Below are positions 10,761 through 20,592 of a stretch of 64,000 bases of DNA, in pieces. Made by a program: the position numbers and the translations under genes. Position 1 is the stretch's first letter; the number at the start of each line of letters is the position of its first letter. The DNA lies in NCBI GenBank assembly GCA_900316965.1, contig ONEY01000004.1:76171-140170 (forward strand). The letters run 5' to 3'. The notes under the pieces were generated by a model that saw only the letters and a list, made by a program, of their open reading frames with translations, ran no database searches and was not told where the DNA came from. This DNA comes from an uncultured Bacteroidales bacterium (lineage in GTDB: Bacteria > Bacteroidota > Bacteroidia > Bacteroidales > P3).

Positions 10761-11216
10761 TTATCTTATATCGTTAATGTTGATAACTTTAGGATTCTGA
10801 CCCTGGTGCGGATGCTCGCTTCCTGCATAGATATAGAGGTTGCGATAGAGAGCAGCTCCAAGTCTGGTCTTGGGAAGCATACCGCGAATGGCGTGCTCAA
10901 GTACGCGCTCGGGATGGGTGGCAAGCACCTTTGCCGGAGTGGTCTCTCTCTGGCCGCCGGGGTAGCCTGTGTAACGCTGATAAATCTTGTCAGTCATTTT
11001 CTTACCCGTGAAAACAACTTTCTCAGCATTGATAATGATAACATTGTCACCGCAGTCAACGTGCGGAGTGAAGCAAGGCTTTGTTTTGCCTCTAAGGATG
11101 TTGGCAACACGTGTAGCCAAACGTCCAACGGTTTGATTTTCTGCATCGACAAGAACCCACTCTTTCTTTACGGTGTTCTTGTTGGCCGAAATGGTCTTGT
11201 AACTTAATGTACTCAT
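10761..11216 (-). CDS. rplM: 50S ribosomal protein L13
   Basis: 151 aa with KEWVLVDAENQTVGRLATRVANILRGK. Confidence 0.95.
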   Translation of the reverse strand: MSTLSYKTISANKNTVKKEWVLVDAENQTVGRLATRVANILRGKTKPCFTPHVDCGDNVIIINAEKVVFTGKKMTDKIYQRYTGYPGGQRETTPAKVLATHPERVLEHAIRGMLPKTRLGAALYRNLYIYAGSEHPHQGQNPKVININDIR

Positions 11217-11405
11217 TTTAATTTTACGATGATGTTCATTTTTTTATTTGCCGGCACCAATAAAATTTTGATGCCCGATTCCTTTTTTCTCTTGAATTCA
11301 AGGCTTATATTCAGGCTGACGGAAAACCTTCACACACTCCCATCCTTCTGATTTGGAGAATATTGAACGGGTAATCATCTTCTCCGAAACCATTTTAAGA
11401 GGGTG

Positions 11406-11413
11406 CAAAATTA
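11406..11413 (-). promoter_or_regulatory. Bacteroidetes-type -7 box (TAATTTTG) upstream of rplM-rpsI
   Basis: Matches the TAnnTTTG consensus on the minus strand and implies a 5' leader of about 190 nt. Confidence 0.35.
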
Positions 11414-11438
11414 CGTACATTTTTGAAACTGACCAAAT

Positions 11439-12674
11439 TTATTTGTTCATTTCTTTCAAAAAATGTTGATAATTTTTCTTGTCGCAACAAATAAAACCTC
11501 TCTTTTTTGTGCCTACTGTAGTGGCGATAACAAATAGTTCGCCTCCTTCCTTCAACCCCAATTGGCGTTGCAGTTCTTCGGCTCTTTTCGGATAATTCCT
11601 TGCTATCACATGTGCTTTGCCATCGGGAATTACAGTGGCAACAGCTTTTTTACTTAGTTGAATCTCACAAATCACGCAGAATATGCGACCCTTCCAGTCA
11701 TACAAATCGTCACTGGTGTAAAGGTGTGTGCTGCGAGCCAGCTTCTGAACTCCCCATTGCTCACTCAGCAGTTTATATGGACCTCCTTTCATCAGCGATG
11801 CGTCAGGCTCATAGATGTAGCGTCCCACGCTCTTGCAATATACACACTCTGCCTGTGACTCTTGGGTGCGCGTAAAAGGCTCGTCGTTGTATATCCTATC
11901 GCCGGGATTTATGTTTGCACAGTGTATTCGGGCTTCTTCGCTAGTATGGCCGCAAACGAAAACCAACTCCTTGCATTCGTTTTTGACGGCCACCACATAT
12001 ACGTCGCTGACGTTGCCTAGCTGCTCTATTCCTTTGTCAATATCCATCATAGGCGACGCCTTAATCATCAAATGGTCGCAAAACTCTGCCAACAGCTCTC
12101 TGTGCTCCAAAACATTGGGCGTGCAGTCTTCAAAGGCTGCCACTTTCTTGCCACGCGTGTCTCTTCGCGCGGGATCAATATATATTATATCGTATTTCTG
12201 TCCACCTTGGCGTAGCCATTCTATTCCGTCGCCGCAATGTACCGCTATATTGGAGAGACCGAGAGCTTCTGCATTATGATCCATCAGTTGGCACAGATCC
12301 GCATTGCATTCCACATAGTCAACTTTGGCACCCGGCACCTTTGCAAAGGCAATGCTGTCTATACCCATTCCGCCAGTCAAGTCGGCAATTCTCAACTCGC
12401 ATTGTCTCTTACCGAATATTCTCTCTACAATGTCTGTCTTGTAGGCGGATGCCTCTTCCGACGAACTCTGCTCTCTGTTAAGGCGCGGCGGATACTTGAA
12501 ATACTGACAGCTTGCAAGCGTTGGCCATTTAGCCAACGCTTGCCTCTGTCCTTCTATCTGCTGCGCCACCATGGTCATATCCACATCGGGATACTTCTTT
12601 TGTTGCAGCAGCAGTTTCAAGGGATCTTCTTCCCTATGTTCGCGGACGAATTCTATAAGCTTTTCAAAATCCAA
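11439..12674 (-). CDS. Class I SAM-dependent methyltransferase with a THUMP-like C-terminal region
   Basis: 411 aa with a SAM-binding-like IADLTGGMGIDSIAF. The function assignment is generic. Confidence 0.6.
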   Translation of the reverse strand: MDFEKLIEFVREHREEDPLKLLLQQKKYPDVDMTMVAQQIEGQRQALAKWPTLASCQYFKYPPRLNREQSSSEEASAYKTDIVERIFGKRQCELRIADLTGGMGIDSIAFAKVPGAKVDYVECNADLCQLMDHNAEALGLSNIAVHCGDGIEWLRQGGQKYDIIYIDPARRDTRGKKVAAFEDCTPNVLEHRELLAEFCDHLMIKASPMMDIDKGIEQLGNVSDVYVVAVKNECKELVFVCGHTSEEARIHCANINPGDRIYNDEPFTRTQESQAECVYCKSVGRYIYEPDASLMKGGPYKLLSEQWGVQKLARSTHLYTSDDLYDWKGRIFCVICEIQLSKKAVATVIPDGKAHVIARNYPKRAEELQRQLGLKEGGELFVIATTVGTKKRGFICCDKKNYQHFLKEMNK

Positions 12675-12702
12675 AAGCTACTATCGTCTATGTTTACATT
12701 TA

Positions 12703-13593
12703 TCAATAAACTCCCTGTTCATGCAGTTTCCTCAAGCGTTCCACTACCATGGGGCGGTCCTCTTTGTAGGTGACTCCAAACCACTGTGCCGTTGTTTTGA
12801 GCACGCGCATGGTTGCATATCCGCTGGCAAGGAATGTGTTGACGGCAAAGGGAATGTAGTACTCCGATTTCATTTCGGTGCCTCGCTCTTTGAGGAATTC
12901 CACAAACAACTTTTCGCTTTCTGCGAAATAATCTGGTGTGAAACCGAAGAGATTCATCGAAACTGTGGCATCCGCTGGCAATGGGTGCATGGAGCCGTCA
13001 TCGTCCTTATACTCAATACCGTTTGCTGTTCGGCCAATGCTTGTACGCTCTGTCATGCCCTCCAAAAATCCGTTATTGTCAACATTACATACTCCGCGGC
13101 TGACGGTACCGTTCTCCGAAAGTGTGTTTTCAAGACGGTAACCCACCATACAATAGTCGCCCTCCTTGCCTTCAACGGTGCGCAAATACTCACCCATTAC
13201 TGCAAAAGCGTCGCGTCCATAGAAGTCGTCGGCATTGATTACTGCGAAAGGCTCATGGATAACATCCTTGGCCATAAGTATTGCATGGTTGGTTCCCCAT
13301 GGTTTCTCGCGACCTTCAGGTACTTTGAAACCCTGCGGCAATTTGTCGAGCTCTTGGAACACATACTCGACAGCTATCTTGTTGCCAAAGTGTTCTGCGT
13401 TGATTCTTGCCTTGAACTCTTGTTCAAAACTGTGACGGATAACAAAAACGACTTTGCCAAATCCGGCACGGATAGCGTCGTTGATAGAATAATCCATGAT
13501 GATTTCGCCGTTGGGGCCAACGCCGTCCATCTGTTTAAGTCCGCCATAACGGCTGCCCATACCGGCGGCAAGTACTAATAATGTTGGTTTCAT
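12703..13593 (-). CDS. Sugar-phosphate nucleotidyltransferase family protein
   Basis: N-terminal LVLAAGMGSRYGG signature of the NTP_transferase fold. Start taken at MKPTLLV (13593). Confidence 0.7.
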   Translation of the reverse strand: MKPTLLVLAAGMGSRYGGLKQMDGVGPNGEIIMDYSINDAIRAGFGKVVFVIRHSFEQEFKARINAEHFGNKIAVEYVFQELDKLPQGFKVPEGREKPWGTNHAILMAKDVIHEPFAVINADDFYGRDAFAVMGEYLRTVEGKEGDYCMVGYRLENTLSENGTVSRGVCNVDNNGFLEGMTERTSIGRTANGIEYKDDDGSMHPLPADATVSMNLFGFTPDYFAESEKLFVEFLKERGTEMKSEYYIPFAVNTFLASGYATMRVLKTTAQWFGVTYKEDRPMVVERLRKLHEQGVY

Positions 13594-13702
13594 TATAATA
13601 GGTTTAAAAATACAATCTTTTATATAATTATCTTTCTTATCTCTCAATCAATATCAAACACCTACAAAACTATAGCATACTAACAATCACATGCTTATAA
13701 CA

Positions 13703-14161
13703 TCATCTTTTCTTTTTAAAAAAATCCTTCATCAGCTGTGCGCACTCTTGTTCCAAAACTCCGCCAAGCACCTTAGTGCGGGGATGTAGCATGGCGGTGC
13801 CTATCAACGAGAACCCCTTTTTGGGATCTGCGGCGCCATACACAATACGACCCACCTGCTCCCATCCGGCTGCTCCGGCGCACATGGGACAAGGCTCTAC
13901 GGTAACGTATAGTGTACAATCGGGAAGATATTTGGTGCCCAATGTGTTGGCCGCGGCTGTGAATGCTATCATTTCGGCATGGGCAGTAACATCGCGCAAC
14001 CTTTCTGTCTGGTTGTGAGCCCTTGCCACCACCAAGCCGCCACAAACAACGACAGCACCTATAGGCACCTCGTCCTCGCCGTATGCGGCTTCGGCCTCTC
14101 GCAGCGCCTGTCGCATGAAGAACTCATCATCCTCTAGCGATGGCTTTTTGTCGTTGCTCAT
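13703..14161 (-). CDS. tadA: tRNA adenosine(34) deaminase
   Basis: Zinc-binding motifs HAEMIAF and PCPMCAGA. The start at 14161 gives a TAATG overlap with the upstream stop; 14173 is an alternative. Confidence 0.85.
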   Translation of the reverse strand: MSNDKKPSLEDDEFFMRQALREAEAAYGEDEVPIGAVVVCGGLVVARAHNQTERLRDVTAHAEMIAFTAAANTLGTKYLPDCTLYVTVEPCPMCAGAAGWEQVGRIVYGAADPKKGFSLIGTAMLHPRTKVLGGVLEQECAQLMKDFFKKKR

Positions 14162-14928
14162 TATTTTTCCCATGGGTCGTCTTTGCTAAAAATGTCGCTG
14201 TCTACAGGTATATATTTGTATGTTGTATAGTGCATTACCACACTCTCTCCCACTCGATAGCTTTCTATATTGGGCAGAAGCGATTTGTCAAAGGGCATAT
14301 ATTCATGATATCCATGAAAATCAGCGTGGTCGTATGTCTTGTTGTTGGTGTAACTGGAATATTTTGATGTTACCTCCGAAAGGAAAAGCATCCCTGTTTT
14401 ACGTTCAAAATAGTAAATGGTGTTATACACATAAGGGGTCTCCACCATAATACGAATGGCCGGAAATCCGTTGAACAATGTGTCGCCCATATAGCTTAGC
14501 TCGGCCCCATCGGCTTTCCAATTGTACAGGCGTCCGCGAAAATCATATCCTGGGGTGCGCTCATAGTATAGTTCTCTGGTGACATTCATCCAGTCAATAT
14601 CTATCGTCTCCGGATCATACATACGGTATATGCCGCGGCCATCGGTGTAGGAGCCATGCACCAATGTGTCGTGGTAACGCAGCTCCATCCTAAAACGGTT
14701 GGGGGCTTGGTAGCAGCGTATCATAACCATCGTGTCGCCAGGCAAATCTGTATTGGTCATCGTAGTTTCCATATACAATATACTGTCGCCTCGTAGCGCG
14801 CCGATATTCAACAAACCCAAATACCTCTCCACAACCTTCTCGGCAAACTCGGCATTCGAGATCTTCTGCGCCGTCGCAACTCCGCCAGTCAGCAGCAAAA
14901 GTATAATCACAAAAACAAGTTTTTTCAT
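14161..14928 (-). CDS. Hypothetical exported protein
   Basis: Signal peptide MKKLVFVIILLLLTGGVATAQ; I recognise no catalytic motif. Start taken at the internal Met (14928). Confidence 0.5.
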   Translation of the reverse strand: MKKLVFVIILLLLTGGVATAQKISNAEFAEKVVERYLGLLNIGALRGDSILYMETTMTNTDLPGDTMVMIRCYQAPNRFRMELRYHDTLVHGSYTDGRGIYRMYDPETIDIDWMNVTRELYYERTPGYDFRGRLYNWKADGAELSYMGDTLFNGFPAIRIMVETPYVYNTIYYFERKTGMLFLSEVTSKYSSYTNNKTYDHADFHGYHEYMPFDKSLLPNIESYRVGESVVMHYTTYKYIPVDSDIFSKDDPWEK

Positions 14929-14932
14929 ATCG

Positions 14933-15724
14933 TTATAGTTTTTTGCATCGCGATGGAACTGAATAGGGAAATCCCTGTGGTATACCAAACGAATACTTGT
15001 CAATCATAAGTGTCGTGGACACATTGAGTTTCGGGCTCGTCAATCGTATACCTATGGCCGACGGCATCGATCCCACGTTAGCACCTGTGCGAGTAGTGTA
15101 TTCACAACGAATATTTTGTCTGCCGCCCTTATCGGCAAGTTCCGATGATACTATTTTGCTTGTGGCGGCGTTTTTCACAACCAATATGCGTCGCTGAGGA
15201 TACTTGGGTTGGCTGAAATTGACTGTTACATTCTCCCCCTCTTTTTTTATCTTGCCGTCCGACACACAACCCTCGGGCAAATCGCCCAGCAGCAACGCCT
15301 GCAGGGTCGCAAAATCAACATCTATACCCCATCTACGCGCTATCTCGTCATATCCGCCATCAAAATACACACCCGGTATACGGACAAATCCTTTCACTCT
15401 CGTCGGGGTGGCAACTATTCGCCCCATTTCAACAAATTTGTTGACACTTATCCATATTATGCTGTCCCGCATCATTCTTATCTGCCCCGTAACTGCTATC
15501 CCTTCCACCGTGCATCCATAATTCGCTGTCATGCTTGCACATTGCGAGTTGTCCACCTCGTCAAGACGGGGTTCTGGCTTGGGTGGCTCCGGACGCTCAG
15601 CGACTCCTCTGTTGTCTACATCCGGTTGCTCAGGACTTTTCAGATGCCTGCTTGCCCGGCACGAGGTCATCGTCACCAAAACGGCCGTCAAAGCTATGAT
15701 ATAGATATTCTTAAACTTGGGCAT
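14933..15724 (-). CDS. Putative lipoprotein (DUF4292-like)
   Basis: Lipoprotein signal ALTAVLVTMTSC. Size and position downstream of a TPR protein match the Bacteroidetes TPR/DUF4292 pairing; the family call is from memory, not a search. Confidence 0.5.
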   Translation of the reverse strand: MPKFKNIYIIALTAVLVTMTSCRASRHLKSPEQPDVDNRGVAERPEPPKPEPRLDEVDNSQCASMTANYGCTVEGIAVTGQIRMMRDSIIWISVNKFVEMGRIVATPTRVKGFVRIPGVYFDGGYDEIARRWGIDVDFATLQALLLGDLPEGCVSDGKIKKEGENVTVNFSQPKYPQRRILVVKNAATSKIVSSELADKGGRQNIRCEYTTRTGANVGSMPSAIGIRLTSPKLNVSTTLMIDKYSFGIPQGFPYSVPSRCKKL

Positions 15725-15740
15725 ATCCTATTATTTATTA

Positions 15741-17405
15741 TCATTCATATTGTTTTACGGCTTCCCAATGTTCCTTGACCTCTTCGCTCGTCTCTGAGCG
15801 GCTCATAGCGCGCTTGATATATTGAGCCGCCTCCTTATTCCTTCCCATCTTATACAAAATCCATCCATAAGTGTCAAGATAATAGGCATTATCCGGCTCT
15901 TTCTGCAAGGTGCGCTTCGACATCTTCTCGGCCCTCTCCAGCTCTTTGTTGTCCACAGCCAGACGATAGGCATAACTGTTCATCGTGTTTACGTCATCGG
16001 GATTAATCGCCAGCAACTTCTCATAATACTCATAGCAAAGCGGGTTGTCAAGTTGGTTATAGCACATGGCCATAAGTTCGTATGTCTCCACTTTGAGATA
16101 ATCCTTTTCGAACCCCAGATTCTCACACTTTTGTGCCATTTCGACAGCGTCACCATAACGTTTCTGCTCATATAGAGCTACCGCCTGAACATAATATGGC
16201 AGTTGATGAAGGGGAAACAGCGCCGAAGCTCGGCTGCCATGCGAGGCAAGAATACTGTTGTCGGCGCCATACGACAACTCGCTTATAAGCAATGCCTCCC
16301 ATATCTCGTACTTTGAACTGTCAGCTGAAAGCGCCAGCGCAAATTGGTGCGCGGCCTCAACATACTTTCTTTGTCGCATAAGTGCGTCGCCATAGAATGC
16401 TGCGTACGAGGTACTGTCGTCGGCAGCCTTCATCGCCACATCAAGAAGGTCAAAAGCATAGCGCGAGTGTATTCCATAAAACTCATCGCTGGTATAGAAA
16501 TTGGTCAGCACCTTGAGCTTGTTGGTCGTAGAGAGGTTCTTCTGTTGCATCCCCACCCTTAGCTCCTCGTACGCCTTGCGGGGTTGCCCCACAGCCTTAT
16601 AATATTCCGCCAAGGAAATATGCACATACTCATCGTCAGGATTGGTGGCCAAAACACGATCATAGCATTGCTTTGCCTTCTCATACTGGCCCGTCGACAT
16701 ATACGACTCTGCAAGAATCGAATTATATCGGCTGTCATTGGGCATTGTTTTCACCAGCGCCTCCATCTCCGCCATAGCCTTGCTCTCGTTACCCGCCAAG
16801 CTCCAAATGCGGGCCTTCTCGACCGACACCGCCTCCGTCACGCCTATCTTTTTCTCCACGCGGTTCAATGTGGCTATCGCGTTCTTGGTGTCGTGCGCCC
16901 TGTTATACGCGCTGGTAAGCTCCATATAGTATTCTATCACATCGGGATGAGCGTTCACAATTGCCTGCCACGTCTTCGCACTCCACTCATTCATGTTCGC
17001 ATAACGGTAAATATTGGCCAGATTCATGCCATACCAAACATTGCTTCGGTCAGCGTCAAAAGCCTTTCTTGCATGAACAAGGGCATTGATGGTCGAACCC
17101 GAGGCGGATAGCAGACGGCTCATTTCATAATTGGCGGCAGCGCAATTCGAATCCAATGCCAGCACCTGACGCAACAATGCCATAGCCTCATCCCTTTTGC
17201 CAACCTCTGCCTTCATAGTGGCATCGATAATCATCGACTCAAACTTAAGACGCTCGTCGGTCGTCTCCACCTGCGGCGCCCTCGCGTATGGCGACGCCTT
17301 CTGCTGCGCCTTCTTCGTGCTCGTGCAGGAAGACAACACAACAAACAACGACAACGCAAACAACAACGACGTCCAACGACAACTACTATAATGATTTAAC
17401 AACAT
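15741..17405 (-). CDS. Tetratricopeptide repeat lipoprotein
   Basis: 554 aa with signal plus lipobox (VVLSSC) and many TPR-like A/Y/L repeats. Confidence 0.75.
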   Translation of the reverse strand: MLLNHYSSCRWTSLLFALSLFVVLSSCTSTKKAQQKASPYARAPQVETTDERLKFESMIIDATMKAEVGKRDEAMALLRQVLALDSNCAAANYEMSRLLSASGSTINALVHARKAFDADRSNVWYGMNLANIYRYANMNEWSAKTWQAIVNAHPDVIEYYMELTSAYNRAHDTKNAIATLNRVEKKIGVTEAVSVEKARIWSLAGNESKAMAEMEALVKTMPNDSRYNSILAESYMSTGQYEKAKQCYDRVLATNPDDEYVHISLAEYYKAVGQPRKAYEELRVGMQQKNLSTTNKLKVLTNFYTSDEFYGIHSRYAFDLLDVAMKAADDSTSYAAFYGDALMRQRKYVEAAHQFALALSADSSKYEIWEALLISELSYGADNSILASHGSRASALFPLHQLPYYVQAVALYEQKRYGDAVEMAQKCENLGFEKDYLKVETYELMAMCYNQLDNPLCYEYYEKLLAINPDDVNTMNSYAYRLAVDNKELERAEKMSKRTLQKEPDNAYYLDTYGWILYKMGRNKEAAQYIKRAMSRSETSEEVKEHWEAVKQYE

Positions 17406-17506
17406 TAATTATTATATATTTTGAAAATATTACATCAATCAACCAAGCCCAGGCCACAAAGAAGCCACACACCTCTCCTCGTCATTCGTCATCCACACAA
17501 CTCTTA

Positions 17507-17532
17507 GCGAACCCATAGCGAACCCATAGCGG
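17507..17532. repeat. Tandem 11-mer (agcgaacccat x2 plus a partial unit)
   Basis: Direct reading of agcgaacccatagcgaacccatagcgg. Confidence 0.8.
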
Positions 17533-17644
17533 ACTTTATTAATGAAATCAACATCTATAAAACTCACATTATCGCTTTTTATTTTGCACAACAAGAAAAA
17601 TTCAAAAAAAATCAAAAATTTTTTGTCATAATGTTTTTTTGTAC

Positions 17645-17652
17645 TAAATTTG
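17645..17652 (+). promoter_or_regulatory. -7 box TAAATTTG upstream of the T9SS cargo gene
   Basis: TAnnTTTG match about 115 nt upstream of the ATG at 17766. Confidence 0.35.
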
Positions 17653-17765
17653 CATTGAAAAATAAAAGAAGCACCCATTGTATATGTACCACATTATACA
17701 CTGTGCCTCAAAATGTTATATTGATAATTAAAACGAAATTTTTTATTAATCAAAATTCAATTACA

Positions 17766-20339
17766 ATGAAAAAAACATTAACGGTTCTCGGTTTTGCCTT
17801 GTGCGCTACCCTTGCTTTCGCACAGACAAACGTGATGACGACCTCAAACAAGGTCGTTGACAAAGCCAGCCACACTGTCGATGCTGTCAATCCCAGCTCC
17901 GCCAATGGCTACACTGGCTCCATCTTCACCAAAGAGGGCGAAATTTTCTACTGCGACTTCAGCACCAGCAGCAGCTCAATGTACACCACCGGTGTCGCCA
18001 CTGCCAACATGTTGGTAGGTGGTCAGCCCATCCCTCAGCACACCAACCAGGGTGTTTACGGTACTTGGCACCGCATTGCAGATACCACCATCGCTACTCT
18101 GCAAACTTTGGTCAACCAATACCCTGCCACTCTGAGCCGTTTCAGCGCTTTCTTCACCATCATCAACAGTGACACCCCCAACAACGGTTTCATGATGATG
18201 ACCATGATCGACAACTACACCGCTTGGGGTGGTGACGGCGACAATGGCGTTTTCGACGCTTTCATCAGCTTCTCACCTTTCTCAACCGTAGGCAACGACA
18301 TGATCCGTACCCGCTTCTATCGCGTATACCGCAAATTCAACTACGACAAGGTATACATCGACTACAGCACCAACGGCACCACTTGGAACTCCATCGAGTA
18401 CGATGTCAAGGGCGTTGACGTCGCTGTTAACGGTAATATCTATGGTTGGAAATCTGTCACCCTTCCCGCTGCCCTTGGCAACCAGCAAAGCGTCTACCTC
18501 CGCCTCCGCTATGTCGACGAGTCAACCGACGACGCTCGCGCACAGGGTTACGATGGTGGTTACTTCTGCATGGTCGACGACTTCAGCATCATCGACGTTC
18601 CCCAGCACAGCCGCCGTCTCGTCTCCAACCAATATTTCGAAGGCTTCTATCAGATGATGCCTAAAGACCTCCAACTCCCTGTTGTTTGGGCAGCCGAACT
18701 GATCAACGACGGTCAGCAACCCCTCAACAACGTTACCGGTCACATCTACAACTACGCTAGCGGTCAGGCTGCTTCCGAGCTCCTCAACACCACCATCGGA
18801 ACCGTTCCCGCCGACGCTGCCACCACCAAGTCAATCGTCGTCGACCCACTGGGTTGGTATGACGTTTCAACCGAATATCACGGCTGGGGCTACCACGCTG
18901 AAAACCAAAGCACCGGCAACGCCTACTATCTGCCCACCGCAAATACCGGCGTATACCACTACTTCTCCGATATCACCATGAGCAACTTCAACCCCGTTCA
19001 CGTCTATGGCGACACCGCCACTTTCGACACCATGCGCTATGAAGTCAACTGGATGAATATCACCGACCAGACCAACACCACCCGCCCCGCAGGCGTTTGG
19101 GCTCGCGACAACGGTATGCTCCGCAGCGGTAGCTACTACTGCTCCGGCCTTGTAACCGAAAGCGGTTACTCCACCGATCCCGAAGAAACCCACTGGAATG
19201 AAGGTGGCTACGGCGTCCTCGTTTCCTACGTCACCGGCAACACCGTTCCCCAGGGTTGGAAAATCCTCGGTATGGAACTCGTTGCTTCCACCGAAGCTGG
19301 CATGAACGCCGTTGGTGCCAAACTGAACCCCGTCCTCTGGTACGACCACGTTAACGATACCAACCGCAACTACATTGGTTTCCGCGAAGTCAGCACTGGT
19401 GCCAGCACCTATACCGTCCAACAGAGCGACGTTTTCTCAGCTACCAACCTCGCTATGCTCGAATACGAAGCCAACAACTACCCCACCATCCGCATCCTCT
19501 TCCCCAACCAGCCCGAACTCGAAGCCAACCACGCTTACCGTGTAGGTTATCAGCTCGCTGAAGACGCCGACTTCGCTGTCGCTATCGGAACCAACTACTA
19601 CACCCGCAACGACTCCACCTTCTACTTCTCAGAAGAAGAAGGCCTCAAGAACTACGGCCACTCCCTCGGCATCAACAACCGTTACACCTGCATGGTTCTC
19701 GACGCTTACGATGGCGACGTCCACTGGTTCTCCAGCCCCACCCAGTATCCTATGATCCGCCTCATCGTCGGACCTGGCTACTATGTTGCAAAGACCTACG
19801 TCAGCTTCGAGTGCGACGATCCTAACAAGGGTACCTTCCAGGATGGCGACTACAACATCCTCTGCGGTGAAATCGACAGCATCCCCGTTGGCGGTTCAGC
19901 TTCCTACTATGTAATGCCCGAAGAGGGTTACGACATCGACACCGTCTTCCTCAATGGTCAGCCCATCCAGTACCAGGCCGTTACCGACAATAACGGCAAC
20001 GTCACCCACGGTATCGTAACCATCGAGAATGTTAACGAACCTGCTGTTCTCCGTTGCAAATTCAAAGTTCACCAAACTGGTGGTTTCGACATTGCTAACA
20101 ATGTTACTTTGAGACTCCAACCCAACCCCGCAACCTCAGTTGTTCGCGTTTCTATGAACGGCGTTAGCGGTAAAGTCAACATGGCTCTCATCGACATGAG
20201 CGGCCGCGTTGTCAGCACATCTGACTTCAACGCTGAGAACGGTACCACCATCAACGTTTCCAACCTTGCTAAGGGTGCTTACTTCGTACGCATCACCAAC
20301 AACAACTTCAGCAAGATCGAGAAACTCATCGTTCGCTAA
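17766..20339 (+). CDS. T9SS C-terminal-sorting-domain protein, function unknown
   Basis: Signal peptide MKKTLTVLGFALCATLAFAQ and a C-terminal type-A sorting domain (LQPNPATSVVRVSMNG...AKGAYFVRITNNNFSKIEKLIVR). The ORF-track start at 17631 is an extension. Confidence 0.75.
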   Translation: MKKTLTVLGFALCATLAFAQTNVMTTSNKVVDKASHTVDAVNPSSANGYTGSIFTKEGEIFYCDFSTSSSSMYTTGVATANMLVGGQPIPQHTNQGVYGTWHRIADTTIATLQTLVNQYPATLSRFSAFFTIINSDTPNNGFMMMTMIDNYTAWGGDGDNGVFDAFISFSPFSTVGNDMIRTRFYRVYRKFNYDKVYIDYSTNGTTWNSIEYDVKGVDVAVNGNIYGWKSVTLPAALGNQQSVYLRLRYVDESTDDARAQGYDGGYFCMVDDFSIIDVPQHSRRLVSNQYFEGFYQMMPKDLQLPVVWAAELINDGQQPLNNVTGHIYNYASGQAASELLNTTIGTVPADAATTKSIVVDPLGWYDVSTEYHGWGYHAENQSTGNAYYLPTANTGVYHYFSDITMSNFNPVHVYGDTATFDTMRYEVNWMNITDQTNTTRPAGVWARDNGMLRSGSYYCSGLVTESGYSTDPEETHWNEGGYGVLVSYVTGNTVPQGWKILGMELVASTEAGMNAVGAKLNPVLWYDHVNDTNRNYIGFREVSTGASTYTVQQSDVFSATNLAMLEYEANNYPTIRILFPNQPELEANHAYRVGYQLAEDADFAVAIGTNYYTRNDSTFYFSEEEGLKNYGHSLGINNRYTCMVLDAYDGDVHWFSSPTQYPMIRLIVGPGYYVAKTYVSFECDDPNKGTFQDGDYNILCGEIDSIPVGGSASYYVMPEEGYDIDTVFLNGQPIQYQAVTDNNGNVTHGIVTIENVNEPAVLRCKFKVHQTGGFDIANNVTLRLQPNPATSVVRVSMNGVSGKVNMALIDMSGRVVSTSDFNAENGTTINVSNLAKGAYFVRITNNNFSKIEKLIVR

Positions 20340-20365
20340 TAATCGCATCCTGCGATAACATAAAA

Positions 20366-20395
20366 GAAGCTCGCCATCAGGCGGGCTTCTTTTTT
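20366..20395 (+). terminator. Rho-independent terminator after the T9SS cargo gene
   Basis: gaagctcgcc-atca-ggcgggcttc followed by tttttt. Confidence 0.7.
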
Positions 20396-20592
20396 CATAC
20401 CCACCTTTTACCCATCACAATATATACATCCCTTTATATATTATATATATTGTACATTATAATAAAGCACCTCCCATCCGAAAGCCAACAACACCAACAA
20501 TCTTTCAAAACAAAAAAGACAAACACATAATAAAGACAACATTTTTCTGTTATCAATAATATAACACACCCACAAAAGAACAAGGAGGTCCT

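Noticed and set aside
17489-17497. DnaA-box-like 9-mers with 8/9 matches: tcatccaca at 17489-17497, ttatccacc at 40396-40404, atatccaca at 46792-46800 and tgtggacaa at 46811-46819.
   Set aside because: Roughly a dozen one-mismatch hits are expected by chance in 64 kb on two strands. None are clustered within the candidate origin gaps, and one sits in a terminator loop.
17631-17765. N-terminal extensions in the ORF track (for example 17631, 1253, 28221, 27848-28060, 52287 and 26657-26746).
   Set aside because: Internal Mets give canonical signal peptides or family N-termini, ATGA/TAATG coupling overlaps, or lie downstream of mapped terminators and -7 boxes. The extensions run through AT-rich promoter DNA.
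18066-18080. Sigma-54 promoter-like tggcaccgcattgca.
   Set aside because: The spacing between the GG and GC elements is one nucleotide short of the TGGCAC-N5-TTGC consensus, and the site lies inside a CDS.
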